Positions 21,150 to 29,985 of a DNA stretch of 41,272 bases are shown here, one piece after another (the first letter of the stretch is position 1; each line of letters opens with the position of its first letter). The notes under the pieces were generated by a model that did not search any database, had not been told where the DNA came from, and worked only from the letters and a program-made list of their open reading frames with translations. The DNA comes from an uncultured Pseudomonadales bacterium (GTDB lineage Bacteria > Patescibacteriota > Microgenomatia > UBA1400 > PJMF01), in the NCBI GenBank assembly GCA_964412775.1, contig CAYPPX010000004.1, forward strand, positions 1-41,272, read 5' to 3'. Both the position numbers and the translations under genes were made by a program.

Positions 21150-24100
21150 TTAATTCAAAACTTCGGCTACTTTTTTGGCTAGTTCTTCTGACCAGGCAAC
21201 ACCATAAGGTAGTCTCATTTTTTCTGGTTTACCACCATTTGGGATGATAATCACAATGTTTTCTTGTCCAGGGTTAGCTTTGAGTAGTTGGCCGAGTTTT
21301 TGCAAAGTCTCTTTAGTTGTCTTTCTAGGGATAAAGATTTCTTGAGCATTTTTAGTATTTTCGTACTCAACCTCTTCTTGTTTTGGTACAGAAACTTTTT
21401 CAACAATTAATTTTACTTCGTCTTCTTGAATCTCTACTTTTGCTTTAACAAGGATTACGCCATCCTGAACAATTTTGTCTTTATGTTCTTCATAGGTTTT
21501 AGGGAAAAAGACAACTTCAGCTGACCCAGTGTTATCTTGTAGATTGCCAAAAGCCATTTCTGCTCCTGATTTTTTAGTTCTGACAACTTTAACTCTTGTT
21601 AGAATACCACCGAACAAGAAAACTTGGTCTTTGTGGAGTAATTGATCAATATCACCAATATTTTTATTTGATCTGCTTTGGACAGCAGACAGTTGATCAG
21701 CCAAAGGATGATCGGTAAGGTACATGCCTAAAAGTTCTTTTTCAAAAGAAAGTAGTTCTTTAGTTGGATATTCAGGAATTTGAGCAAAGGTATCCTTGAT
21801 TTCAGTAGAGTCGCTTGCTACATCAGCAAAGAGATTATCCTGTCCGTCAACTTCGGACTGAAATTGGCTGGCTGTTTGTCTAATATCATCCAGATTTTCT
21901 AACATGCTAGCACGAGTAGAAAATTGGTCCATCACGCCAACTTTAATCAAACTTTCAATCACTTTTTTATTAACTTTACGGCCATCAGTTTTGTATAAGA
22001 ATTCAGTGAAAGAATTAAATTTACCATTATTGGTTTTTCTAGTTTCTAAAATATTTTCAATGGCAGCCGTGCCAACATTTTTAATACTAGTTAAACTAAA
22101 ACGAATTGCTTTGCCTTCTAATGAATTTTTATTTTGTTCAATCGTAAAAGTATCATCTGATTTATTGATATCTGGTGGTAAAACAATAATGCCCATTTCT
22201 TTACAAGTTTCGACTGCCAAAGTGACTTTTTCATCACTATTCATTGAGTGAGAATTAGTTTCAACCGTCATTAAAGCAGCCATATATTCAATTGGGAAGT
22301 TTGCTTTCAAGTAGGCTGTTTGGTAAGAAATCATGGCATAACTAGCAGCATGAGCCTTATTAAAACCATAGTTTGCAAAAGCTTCAATAAAGCCCCAAAC
22401 TTTTTCTGCGACATCTTTTTTATAGCCTTTTTTGACTGATTCACTAATAAATCTAGATTTATTTTTGTCTAGAATTTTTTTCTTTTTCTTACCAATTGCT
22501 CGGCGGAGCATATCAGCTTCTCCGAGTGAGTAGCCTGCCATATGATGCACAATTTCTAAGACTTGCTCTTGGTAAACCATAATGCCATAGGTTTCACCCA
22601 GAATTTCTTTGAGTGATTCGTGAGGATAGACTACTTTTTCTGGATTATGTTTTCCTTCAATAAAGCGAGGGATTAGGTCCATTGGACCAGGACGATACAA
22701 GGCTAACATAGCAGTAATATCAGAAAATTGGTTGGGCTGAAGGTTTTTGGAAACTCTTCGCATACCACCAGACTCTAGCTGAAAGACACCAGAAGTTTCA
22801 CCAGATGAGAGCAACTCATAGGTTTTTTTGTCATCTAAAGGTAATTTATCTAATTCAATGTCTTTTTTTTGATATTTTTTGATTAAATTAACGGCTGTTT
22901 GTAGAGTTGAAAGATTTCTCAGACCCAAAAAGTCAAACTTCAATAGACCAATAGCATTGTCGTCAACATTACAGTCCAAAGAATACATATCATATTGAGT
23001 AATCATTTTTCCAGATCGGCTATCTCTTTGAATGGGGGTGTATTCTGGTAAAGATTTGTCTGCGATGATCACGGCTGCCGCATGCACACTACTATGACGA
23101 ATGGTGCCCTCAACTTTTTTGGCTAGGTCTAAGAGTTTTTTAAACTTAGGTTGCTTATAATATTCACCTAGTTCTGGAACGTTAGTGATAGCTGATTCCA
23201 AACTAGTTTTTTTACCAGGATCATTAGGTACTAATTTGGCAATTTTATCAGGATCTTCATATGGTAAGCCCAGTACACGTCCGATATCACGAATGGCTAC
23301 TCTAGCCTCCATTTTTCCAAAAGTAATCACATGCCCAACATGATCATGGCCATATTTCTCTGCTACATAAGCAATCACTTCTTCTCGACGATCATCAGCA
23401 AAGTCAATATCAATATCTGGTGGGGTCGGTCTTTCTGGATTTAGAAACCTTTCAAATGGCAAACCATGTTCTAATGGGTCAAGAGTTGTAATGTTAAGAC
23501 AATAAGAAACCAATGAACCAGCTGCCGAACCACGGCCAGGTCCAACCCCAATTCCCTGTTCTTTAGCCCAGTTAACAAAATCTTGAGTAATTAAAAAGTA
23601 GGTTGGGTAACCTTTTTTATTGATAATATCCATTTCATATTCGGCTCTTTTTTCTAACTCTGGAGTTATTTTGCCAAACTTTTTTTTCATCCCTTCATAA
23701 ACCATTTTTTTCAGCCAAGTTTCTGCCGTTTCTCCAGCCGGTAATGGATATTTAGGGAAAATTAGTTGACCAGTTGGGATCTCCAAGTTACAACGCTCAG
23801 CTAGTTTGACAGTATTTTTAATAGCTTCTGGATATTCAGCAAATAACTCTTCCATTTCAGCAGTCGACTTTAGATAAAAGTCAGGGTTGTCTTTCATCTT
23901 CATTCTTTTTTCATCAGCAATGAGTTTACGAGTTTGGACACAAAGTAGTGCGTCTTGGGCTTCAACTTCATCTTTTTCAATGTAATGCACATCATTAGTG
24001 GCTATTAATTCAAGTTTTAGTTCACGAGCAATTTTGACCAATTTTTTATTGAGGTCTTTGAGTTCGGGGATTGAAGGGTGATTTTGGAGTTCAATATAAA

Positions 24101-24608
24101 ATCGATCACCAAAAATTTGTTGATATTTTTTAAATTTTTCTAAAGCCTCAGTATCTTTGTCGACTCTAAGCAATTTGTTAAATGGGCTATTCATACAGCC
24201 ACTTAAGACAATTAAGCCTTCATTATATTTTTCTAAAGTCGCTTCATCGATTCTAGGTTTATAAGAAAAACCCTCAAGATTACCAATTGAAACTAACTTC
24301 ATTAAGTTTTTGTAGCCAGTAATATTTTGAGCCAAAACAGTTAGGTGTGCTTGATCTGATCCTGGTTTTATTTGTTTATCTTGAAGTGATTTTTGAGCTA
24401 GATAGAGTTCGCAGCCGATGATGGGTTTGATCCCTTCAGCTCGGCAAGCATTATAAAAAGCAATTGTGCCATACATCCCACCATGATCAGTAATAGCAAT
24501 TGCTTGTTGGCCATGTTCTTTAACCTTAGCCACTAATTTGGGAACTTTGGATAGACCATCCAGCATGGAATATTCAGTATGGACGTGTAAATGAACAAAA
24601 TCAGACAT
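21150..24608 (-). CDS. dnaE: DNA polymerase III alpha subunit
   Basis: PHP domain FVHLHVHTEYSMLDG; 1152 aa; polymerase core and a C-terminal OB region. Confidence 0.97.
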   Translation of the reverse strand: MSDFVHLHVHTEYSMLDGLSKVPKLVAKVKEHGQQAIAITDHGGMYGTIAFYNACRAEGIKPIIGCELYLAQKSLQDKQIKPGSDQAHLTVLAQNITGYKNLMKLVSIGNLEGFSYKPRIDEATLEKYNEGLIVLSGCMNSPFNKLLRVDKDTEALEKFKKYQQIFGDRFYIELQNHPSIPELKDLNKKLVKIARELKLELIATNDVHYIEKDEVEAQDALLCVQTRKLIADEKRMKMKDNPDFYLKSTAEMEELFAEYPEAIKNTVKLAERCNLEIPTGQLIFPKYPLPAGETAETWLKKMVYEGMKKKFGKITPELEKRAEYEMDIINKKGYPTYFLITQDFVNWAKEQGIGVGPGRGSAAGSLVSYCLNITTLDPLEHGLPFERFLNPERPTPPDIDIDFADDRREEVIAYVAEKYGHDHVGHVITFGKMEARVAIRDIGRVLGLPYEDPDKIAKLVPNDPGKKTSLESAITNVPELGEYYKQPKFKKLLDLAKKVEGTIRHSSVHAAAVIIADKSLPEYTPIQRDSRSGKMITQYDMYSLDCNVDDNAIGLLKFDFLGLRNLSTLQTAVNLIKKYQKKDIELDKLPLDDKKTYELLSSGETSGVFQLESGGMRRVSKNLQPNQFSDITAMLALYRPGPMDLIPRFIEGKHNPEKVVYPHESLKEILGETYGIMVYQEQVLEIVHHMAGYSLGEADMLRRAIGKKKKKILDKNKSRFISESVKKGYKKDVAEKVWGFIEAFANYGFNKAHAASYAMISYQTAYLKANFPIEYMAALMTVETNSHSMNSDEKVTLAVETCKEMGIIVLPPDINKSDDTFTIEQNKNSLEGKAIRFSLTSIKNVGTAAIENILETRKTNNGKFNSFTEFLYKTDGRKVNKKVIESLIKVGVMDQFSTRASMLENLDDIRQTASQFQSEVDGQDNLFADVASDSTEIKDTFAQIPEYPTKELLSFEKELLGMYLTDHPLADQLSAVQSRSNKNIGDIDQLLHKDQVFLFGGILTRVKVVRTKKSGAEMAFGNLQDNTGSAEVVFFPKTYEEHKDKIVQDGVILVKAKVEIQEDEVKLIVEKVSVPKQEEVEYENTKNAQEIFIPRKTTKETLQKLGQLLKANPGQENIVIIIPNGGKPEKMRLPYGVAWSEELAKKVAEVLN

Positions 24609-24634
24609 TATCCTCGACTATCCCACAGAAAAAA

Positions 24635-25978
24635 CTAGCTTTCAAGAGCTGTTTGGAGTTGTTGTCTAATTACTTGTGGATCAACTTTTTTGCCCAGATT
24701 TCTCATGACTTGACCCATGAGAAAACCAATGACTTGTTTTTGACCAGCTTTGTATTTAGCCACTGCATCACTATTCTCTGTGAATACTTGATTAATTATT
24801 GCTTGGAGTTGTTCGGTGTCGATAGTTTCTGTTTGGTGTAGTTCTTCAAAAGCAGCTACTACTTTTTCTGGTTGGTCAAATTCTTTGACCGAAATTTTTT
24901 TGTTTAAGTAGTCATTGATAAATAAGACCAAATCTAATTGTTTTGTTTTTAAAGTAGTTAGAACTTGTTCTAACCAAGCAATTAGTTGGTTAGATTCAAC
25001 ATTAGCTAGTTCAGTGACTTTTTCTAGTGGTAAGTTGAACCTTTTAGACCAAGTTTCGGCAATCTCCCATGGCATAACTGGAACAGTTTTCTGAATTTCG
25101 GCTAGATATTCGTCAGTGAAGTGTAGTGGTGGTAAATCTGGATCTGGAAAGTAACGATAATCTTCGGCTTCCTCTTTGGTTCGTTGTGAAAAAGTTTCTG
25201 CTTTGTTGGCATTCCAACCACGAGTCTCTTGAATTGGTATCTCACCTTTTTCCAAGATTTCAGCTTGTCTAGCTAATTCGTAATCAATCGCTGCTTCTAA
25301 AAATCTAAATGAATTAATATTTTTGACTTCAACTTTATAATTCGGTAAACCGGTTTCTCCTTTTTTTCTTAAGGAAATATTGGCTTCCAAACGCATTCCA
25401 CCCTGCTCCATGTCACAGTCAGCAACATCTAAAAATCTTAGGATTTGACGCAGTTTTTTACCATATTCTTTAGCTTGAGCACCACTCTTAATATCTGGTT
25501 CAGTTACTACTTCGACTAGAGGTACTCCACCACGATTAAAGTCAATTAAACTAACTTTTTTACCATCAAGACTAGTATGCATTAATTTACCAGTATCTTC
25601 TTCAAGGTGAATTCTAGTTAAACCAACTTTTCCTTGGGAAGTTTCGATAAAACCAGCATAACAAAATGGTAAATCATATTGACTAATCTGATAACCTTTA
25701 GCTAGGTCTGGGTAAAAATAGTGTTTACGATCAAATTTAGAAAATTTATTAATTTGACAATTAGTGGCAAGACCAATCTTGATGGTCCATTCAATAGCTT
25801 TTTTATTAGCCACTGGTAATCCACCGGGCATGCCTAAACAAACTGGACAGGTATAAATATTTGGTTTTTCGGCTCCAAATGGATCGTTTTTACAACCACA
25901 AAACATTTTTGAGCTAGTTCTTAGTTCAGCATGAGTTTCCATGCCTATGACTGCTTCATATTTATCTTGCCATTTCAT
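24635..25978 (-). CDS. gatB: Asp/Glu-tRNA(Asn/Gln) amidotransferase subunit B
   Basis: MKWQDKYEAVIGMETHAEL... Start placed at ATG 25978, which overlaps the gatA stop as ATGA. The track's extra 8 codons were rejected. Confidence 0.94.
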   Translation of the reverse strand: MKWQDKYEAVIGMETHAELRTSSKMFCGCKNDPFGAEKPNIYTCPVCLGMPGGLPVANKKAIEWTIKIGLATNCQINKFSKFDRKHYFYPDLAKGYQISQYDLPFCYAGFIETSQGKVGLTRIHLEEDTGKLMHTSLDGKKVSLIDFNRGGVPLVEVVTEPDIKSGAQAKEYGKKLRQILRFLDVADCDMEQGGMRLEANISLRKKGETGLPNYKVEVKNINSFRFLEAAIDYELARQAEILEKGEIPIQETRGWNANKAETFSQRTKEEAEDYRYFPDPDLPPLHFTDEYLAEIQKTVPVMPWEIAETWSKRFNLPLEKVTELANVESNQLIAWLEQVLTTLKTKQLDLVLFINDYLNKKISVKEFDQPEKVVAAFEELHQTETIDTEQLQAIINQVFTENSDAVAKYKAGQKQVIGFLMGQVMRNLGKKVDPQVIRQQLQTALES

Positions 25979-27366
25979 GACTGATTCCTCCAAGTATTCC
26001 AAGCTGTATTTTTTTCAAAAGCGTCTCCGACTTGAATTAGCAAATCTTCTCGCCACATTGGGGCCATGATGTTCATACCTAAAAATAAATTGGTTTTTTC
26101 ATCATGATAGTAAGGGACATTAAGCCCTGGTAGGCCAGCTAGAGAGCTAGCTTCAACTAACATATCTTCTAGTTCTCCAAACATCGCTTGACCTTCAGTC
26201 ACACCAATTTTTTTGGCGAAACCAGGTGAAGTTGGAGCTACTAGCAAGTCATATTTTTTAAACAAGTTATTGAGGTCATTAATATAAAGGGTTCTGACTT
26301 TCTGAGCTAGTTCGTAGTATTTTTCGGCATAACCCTTGCTTAAAGTGTAGGTACCAAGCATCTGTCTTCTTTTAGCCTCGGCCCCAAAGAATGAGCGATC
26401 ATTTTTGTAGCGAACACCACTATAGCGGGCCAAGTTACTACTGACTTCACCACGCTGAACCACGGTATAAACACCAATGGCATAACGAGGATCCATTGCC
26501 TGAGCTTTTTCAACAATTGCACCCAATTTTTCTAAAACTTTAAGTTGTTCCATGAGCTTTTCGTTAGCAAATTCTATACCAGCAATATCTTGATAAATCA
26601 CTCCAATTTTTAAACCTTTAATTGAAGTATTAAGTGATTGAGTTAGGTCAGGTGGAGTTTGGGCTGAGCTAGTTCCATCTAGGGGATCATGTCCAGCAAT
26701 CAGATTAAACATAATGGCTGCATCTTCAACCGTCTTAGTGATTGGGCCAGGGCTGTCTGTAGATGAGGCCATTGAGGCGACCCCATAGCGACTAACTCTG
26801 CCATAGGTTGGTTTTAGTCCAACGGTGCCACACCAAGCAGATGGTTGTCTAATTGAGCCAGCAGTTTCGCTACCAATAGCTGTAATAGTCAGATCTGCAG
26901 CAATGGCGGCTGCACTACCACCAGATGATCCTCCTGGTAAATGATCAGTATTTCTGGGGTTTAAGGTGCGACCAAAGTCACTGGTTTCTGTTGAAGAACC
27001 ATGAGCCCAAGCGTCCATATTAGTTTTACCAAGAATTACTCCACCAGCTTGTTTGATTTTTTTGGTAACAGTTGATTCAAATTGTGGAATGAAATTTTCT
27101 AGTACTTTTGACGAAGCAGTGGTTCTAAAATCTCTGGTACAAAAGTTATCTTTAACAGCAACTGGTATGCCAGCTAAGGGTGTGTTTAAAAGTTTTTCTG
27201 CTTGATCCAAAGCTTGTTCATCTAAAGTTAAATAAATATTCAACTTTTTGTTTTGTTGAGTAATAGCTTGATTAATATCTTGATAAAGTTCTCGGTGAGA
27301 AAACTTTTTATTTTTTAAATCTCTGATAGTTTCTGCTAAAGTAAGTTTGTTTAACATTTTAGTCAA
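25975..27366 (-). CDS. gatA: Glutamyl-tRNA(Gln) amidotransferase subunit A
   Basis: Amidase signature GGSSGGSAAAIA; 463 aa. Confidence 0.96.
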   Translation of the reverse strand: MTKMLNKLTLAETIRDLKNKKFSHRELYQDINQAITQQNKKLNIYLTLDEQALDQAEKLLNTPLAGIPVAVKDNFCTRDFRTTASSKVLENFIPQFESTVTKKIKQAGGVILGKTNMDAWAHGSSTETSDFGRTLNPRNTDHLPGGSSGGSAAAIAADLTITAIGSETAGSIRQPSAWCGTVGLKPTYGRVSRYGVASMASSTDSPGPITKTVEDAAIMFNLIAGHDPLDGTSSAQTPPDLTQSLNTSIKGLKIGVIYQDIAGIEFANEKLMEQLKVLEKLGAIVEKAQAMDPRYAIGVYTVVQRGEVSSNLARYSGVRYKNDRSFFGAEAKRRQMLGTYTLSKGYAEKYYELAQKVRTLYINDLNNLFKKYDLLVAPTSPGFAKKIGVTEGQAMFGELEDMLVEASSLAGLPGLNVPYYHDEKTNLFLGMNIMAPMWREDLLIQVGDAFEKNTAWNTWRNQS

Positions 27367-27634
27367 TCTTTTTTTCTGTTTTTAAAATTTCCATCAGTTT
27401 TTTGCGGTTTTTAATGAAAGCAATCACACTATAGCTTAGTGAAAAAATAAAGATTACCAAATAAACTAAACCAATGGAAACTGAAAATTTATCAGCAAAA
27501 CCGGTCATGTTTAAGAAAATAAAAGTACTAAAGACAATAATTTGTAGCAAAATTGCTTCTAGAGCAGTGGCTATTCTTTCTTGTCTAAGTTGATCAATTA
27601 AAAATTTTTTATCTTCAATTGTTAAACTAGGCAT
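27359..27634 (-). CDS. Small two-TM membrane protein embedded between gatC and gatA
   Basis: 91-aa ORF with two hydrophobic helices (LEAILLQIIVFSTFIFL, IGLVYLVIFIFSLSYSVIAFI). Overlaps the gatC stop and the gatA start by 8 nt each. Confidence 0.6.
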   Translation of the reverse strand: MPSLTIEDKKFLIDQLRQERIATALEAILLQIIVFSTFIFLNMTGFADKFSVSIGLVYLVIFIFSLSYSVIAFIKNRKKLMEILKTEKKID

Positions 27635-27941
27635 CTTTTTCCTCCAAAATTCTAGGTACTACAAAAAATCCATTGTGAGTTTGGTGAGCATTAGTGAGAG
27701 CTTCTTGCTGAGTGAACATAGTTTCTTGATTAATTTGATCCTCACGCCAAACATTTTCTAGACCAGTTACTTGGTGAGTGGTTGATATATTTTGAACATC
27801 CAGAGAATTTAATTCATCAACCACAGCTAGGGTTTCTTCGAACCCAGTGGCTAGTTCTTGCTTTTCTTTTTCTGAAACAGGGATGTTGGCTAACTGAGCG
27901 ATGTGGGCAACGGTTTGTGGAGTAACAGTAGTTTTTTTCAC
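27627..27941 (-). CDS. gatC: Asp/Glu-tRNA(Asn/Gln) amidotransferase subunit C
   Basis: 104 aa. VAHIAQLANIPVSEKE... is typical of GatC. GTG start. Confidence 0.88.
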   Translation of the reverse strand: MKKTTVTPQTVAHIAQLANIPVSEKEKQELATGFEETLAVVDELNSLDVQNISTTHQVTGLENVWREDQINQETMFTQQEALTNAHQTHNGFFVVPRILEEKDA

Positions 27942-27989
27942 ATCTGGAAGTATAGCAGAACCAAGGATTTTTTTCAGATGCTAATTTAC

Positions 27990-28904
27990 TTAAATAGTTA
28001 GTTTTTTTAGAGCTTTAATTCTCTCTGTCAAAGGGGGATGAGTGGCAAATAAATTAGCAAACACCCCCACTCCACCATGCAGGTTTTTGAGTGGATTGGT
28101 GATGTATAAGTGAGCAGTTGCCTTATTAGCAGCTTCTAATGGTTCACGATCATTACCAAGTTTTTCTAAAGCACTAATCATGCCAGCTGGATTTTTGGTC
28201 ATGGCTACAGCTGATGAGTCAGCTAAAAACTCTCTTTTTCTGGAGATTGCCAATTGAATGAGCTGGGCAATCAGTGGTGAAAGTAAGGCTAGAACCATAC
28301 CAACAACAAAGAAAATAGCTTGAAGTTGGTTGTCACCCTCTCGGTTATCTCTGCGTCTGTTACCTCCCCAGTAACTCATTCGTAACACCCAATCGGCCAA
28401 TAATGAAATAAAGCCTACTAAGATGGTAACGAGTGACATTAAACGAATGTCATAGTTTTTGATATGAGCTAATTCGTGAGCAATTACGCCTTCTATTTCC
28501 CTACGGTTCATTCTGGCTAATAGTCCAGTGGTGGCACAGACAACCGCATGCTCTGGATCGCGACCAGTGGCAAAAGCATTCATGGCTGAATCTTCAATCA
28601 CGTAGAGTTTAGGCAAAGGGAGTTTTTGACTGTGGCTTAGATTTTCAGCGACAGTATAAAAATCAAAAAACTCTGCGCGATTAGCTTCTCTGGCACCAGA
28701 TAAGGTCAAGATAATTTTGTCAGAAAAATAGTAACTAGCAAAACTAGACATGCCAGCGAATATGAGAGCAAAGCCCACTAAATCCAAGCCATAACCAAAC
28801 CCTTCAACTATTAAATAAGTAGCCACAGCAATAAAGCTGATAAAGCCAGCAATCACTAACCAAGATTTAGTTTTGTTGCTTGCAACCAATTGATAATGGG
28901 TCAT
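27990..28904 (-). CDS. htpX: Membrane zinc metalloprotease HtpX
   Basis: HELAHIKN (HExxH); four TM segments; C-terminal FATHPPLTERI. Confidence 0.94.
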   Translation of the reverse strand: MTHYQLVASNKTKSWLVIAGFISFIAVATYLIVEGFGYGLDLVGFALIFAGMSSFASYYFSDKIILTLSGAREANRAEFFDFYTVAENLSHSQKLPLPKLYVIEDSAMNAFATGRDPEHAVVCATTGLLARMNRREIEGVIAHELAHIKNYDIRLMSLVTILVGFISLLADWVLRMSYWGGNRRRDNREGDNQLQAIFFVVGMVLALLSPLIAQLIQLAISRKREFLADSSAVAMTKNPAGMISALEKLGNDREPLEAANKATAHLYITNPLKNLHGGVGVFANLFATHPPLTERIKALKKLTI

Positions 28905-28908
28905 ATCT

Positions 28909-29490
28909 TTAATCTAAAGAAACTTTATGGTCTTTAGTTTCTGCATCACTCACTGACATGTGAGCACCAGTACTAGCGGTTTCCAGACCTTTTTCAGCCT
29001 TAAAACCGAATAAACCAGCCACTAAGTTAGATGGAAAAACCACCAATTTTTGGTTAAAGGTTTGGGCGAGGTCAATTACGGTTCTTCTGGCGTAGGTCAA
29101 CTTGTCAGCCGTATCAGTTAGTTCATCCATAAATTTACTGACAGTGCCATCAGCTTTGATTTCTGGATTATCTTCGACTGCAACTTGGATTTTTGGGATT
29201 AATGCTTGCACCGAAGCTAGGGCTTTTTCTAGATCAGCTGGTTTACCAGTTTTATCGGCTGTTTCAGCAGCTTTTCTGGCATCAGTTAACATCTGGAAAA
29301 TACCCTTTTCGTGTTTGAGATAGCCTTTGACAGCAGTTTCCAAGTTTGGAATTAAACTAGCTTGTCTTTTAAGCTGGTTACCAATCTCTTGAATACTAGC
29401 TTGAATTTGAGTTTTCAAGGTTTGTAAAGAGTTGTATAAACCGACTACATAAAAGAAAGCGACGGCAGCAATAACAAGTAAAAATAACAT
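28909..29490 (-). CDS. lemA: LemA family membrane protein
   Basis: N-terminal TM then the YNSLQTLKTQIQASIQEIGNQLKRQASLIPNL pattern typical of LemA. The lemA-htpX pairing is common. Confidence 0.88.
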   Translation of the reverse strand: MLFLLVIAAVAFFYVVGLYNSLQTLKTQIQASIQEIGNQLKRQASLIPNLETAVKGYLKHEKGIFQMLTDARKAAETADKTGKPADLEKALASVQALIPKIQVAVEDNPEIKADGTVSKFMDELTDTADKLTYARRTVIDLAQTFNQKLVVFPSNLVAGLFGFKAEKGLETASTGAHMSVSDAETKDHKVSLD

Positions 29491-29566
29491 AATAAGTCCT
29501 TTGTTTATTAGACTACTGGTGATTAGTATAGCAAATATGGCAAGTTTTTTTCGGTAATATCTTTAC

Positions 29567-29594
29567 TTACAAAAATAACTTTATTTGCTATAAT
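29567..29594 (+). promoter_or_regulatory. Putative tRNA-Asp promoter (extended -10)
   Basis: ttacaa (29567-29572), 16-nt spacer, tgc-tataat (29586-29594). Confidence 0.45.
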
Positions 29595-29626
29595 TGCTTC
29601 TCTTGATCTTTCAAATTAAATAAAGT

Positions 29627-29699
29627 GGGCTCGTGGTGTAGTGGTTAACATGCTTCCCTGTCACGGAAGAGATCGCCAGTTCGATCCTGGTCGAGCTCG
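29627..29699 (+). tRNA. tRNA-Asp (anticodon GUC), CCA not encoded
   Basis: Folded by hand. Acceptor GGGCTCG/CGAGCTC with a G2-U71 wobble; D stem GTGT/ACAT; anticodon stem CTTCC/GGAAG with loop CTGTCAC; T stem GCCAG/CTGGT with loop TTCGATC; discriminator G73. 73 nt. Confidence 0.9.
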
Positions 29700-29700
29700 C
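29683..29700 (+). repeat. Direct repeat copy 1 (tRNA-Asp T-loop to 3' end), att-like
   Basis: gatcctggtcgagctcgc is identical to 29875..29892. Confidence 0.95.
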
Positions 29701-29745
29701 AGCTATAAAAAATCTCCAGAATGGAGATTTTTTTGTAGCTGCGAG
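29696..29745 (+). terminator. 50-nt near-perfect palindrome/terminator overlapping the tRNA 3' end
   Basis: ctcgcagcta-t-aaaaaatctcca-gaa-tggagatttttt-tg-tagctgcgag. About 22 bp with one small internal loop and a T-run in the 3' arm. Confidence 0.75.
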
Positions 29746-29874
29746 TCTCAGAACATGATTAACTTTGGTTCACCGCCAAGTTTGGCGAGCTAGTTTACTT
29801 TAATTAAGCAATAATTCGCCAAACCTGGGTAATGCATGCGAAGCGAGCCTAAGTTGCAGGCGAGCGAAGTCGTA
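29701..29874 (+). mobile_element. Possible miniature or decayed tRNA-integrated element (174 bp between att-like repeats)
   Basis: Bounded by the exact 18-bp direct repeat of the tRNA 3' end. There is no integrase and no ORF. Confidence 0.25.
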
Positions 29875-29892
29875 GATCCTGGTCGAGCTCGC
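29875..29892 (+). repeat. Direct repeat copy 2 (displaced tRNA-Asp 3' fragment, followed by CA completing G-CCA)
   Basis: gatcctggtcgagctcgc is identical to 29683..29700. Here the next bases give ...CTCG-CCA. Confidence 0.95.
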
Positions 29893-29900
29893 CAGATAAT

Positions 29901-29927
29901 AGACCTTAAATAAGGTCTATTTTTTTA
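29901..29927 (+). terminator. Intrinsic terminator
   Basis: agacctta/taaggtct stem followed by a-ttttttt. Confidence 0.75.
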
Positions 29928-29950
29928 ACTTATTTTTAGTCCTATAATAT

Positions 29951-29979
29951 TTGACAATTAGCTTAAATTGATTTATAAT
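29951..29979 (+). promoter_or_regulatory. Consensus sigma70-type promoter of micro-ORF cassette A
   Basis: TTGACA (29951-29956), exactly 17 nt, TATAAT (29974-29979). Preceded by cctataata and followed by gctatt, as in cassette B. Confidence 0.7.
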
Positions 29980-29985
29980 TTAAGG

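Larger units (their letters stand above)
29746..29927 (+). ncRNA. Candidate small RNA ending in a tRNA-Asp-like acceptor 3' strand plus G-CCA, followed by its own terminator
   Basis: Lies between two terminators. Local hairpin cgcca-agtt-tggcg (29774-29787), with a second cgccaa at 29817-29822. GCGAG/GCGAAG repeats. 3' end ...GATCCTGGTCGAGCTCGCCA (to 29894). No promoter identified. Confidence 0.3.

Noticed and set aside
25979-26002. 8-codon N-terminal extension of gatB
   Set aside because: ATG 25978 forms an ATGA overlap with the gatA stop and gives the conserved GatB start.
18982-29323. Plus- or minus-strand shadow ORFs inside ldh, tkt, dnaE, gatB, gatA and lemA (18982..19287, 20700..20885, 21904..22251, 24653..24841, 26340..26522, 29102..29323)
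   Set aside because: They are overlapped by strongly supported genes and have no independent signals.
29746-29894. Second intact tRNA, split tRNA or tmRNA
   Set aside because: There is no D arm, no anticodon arm and no 5' half of a T stem. Only the 18-nt 3' fragment matches tRNA-Asp, and no tmRNA-like tag reading frame or G3-U70 acceptor is present.
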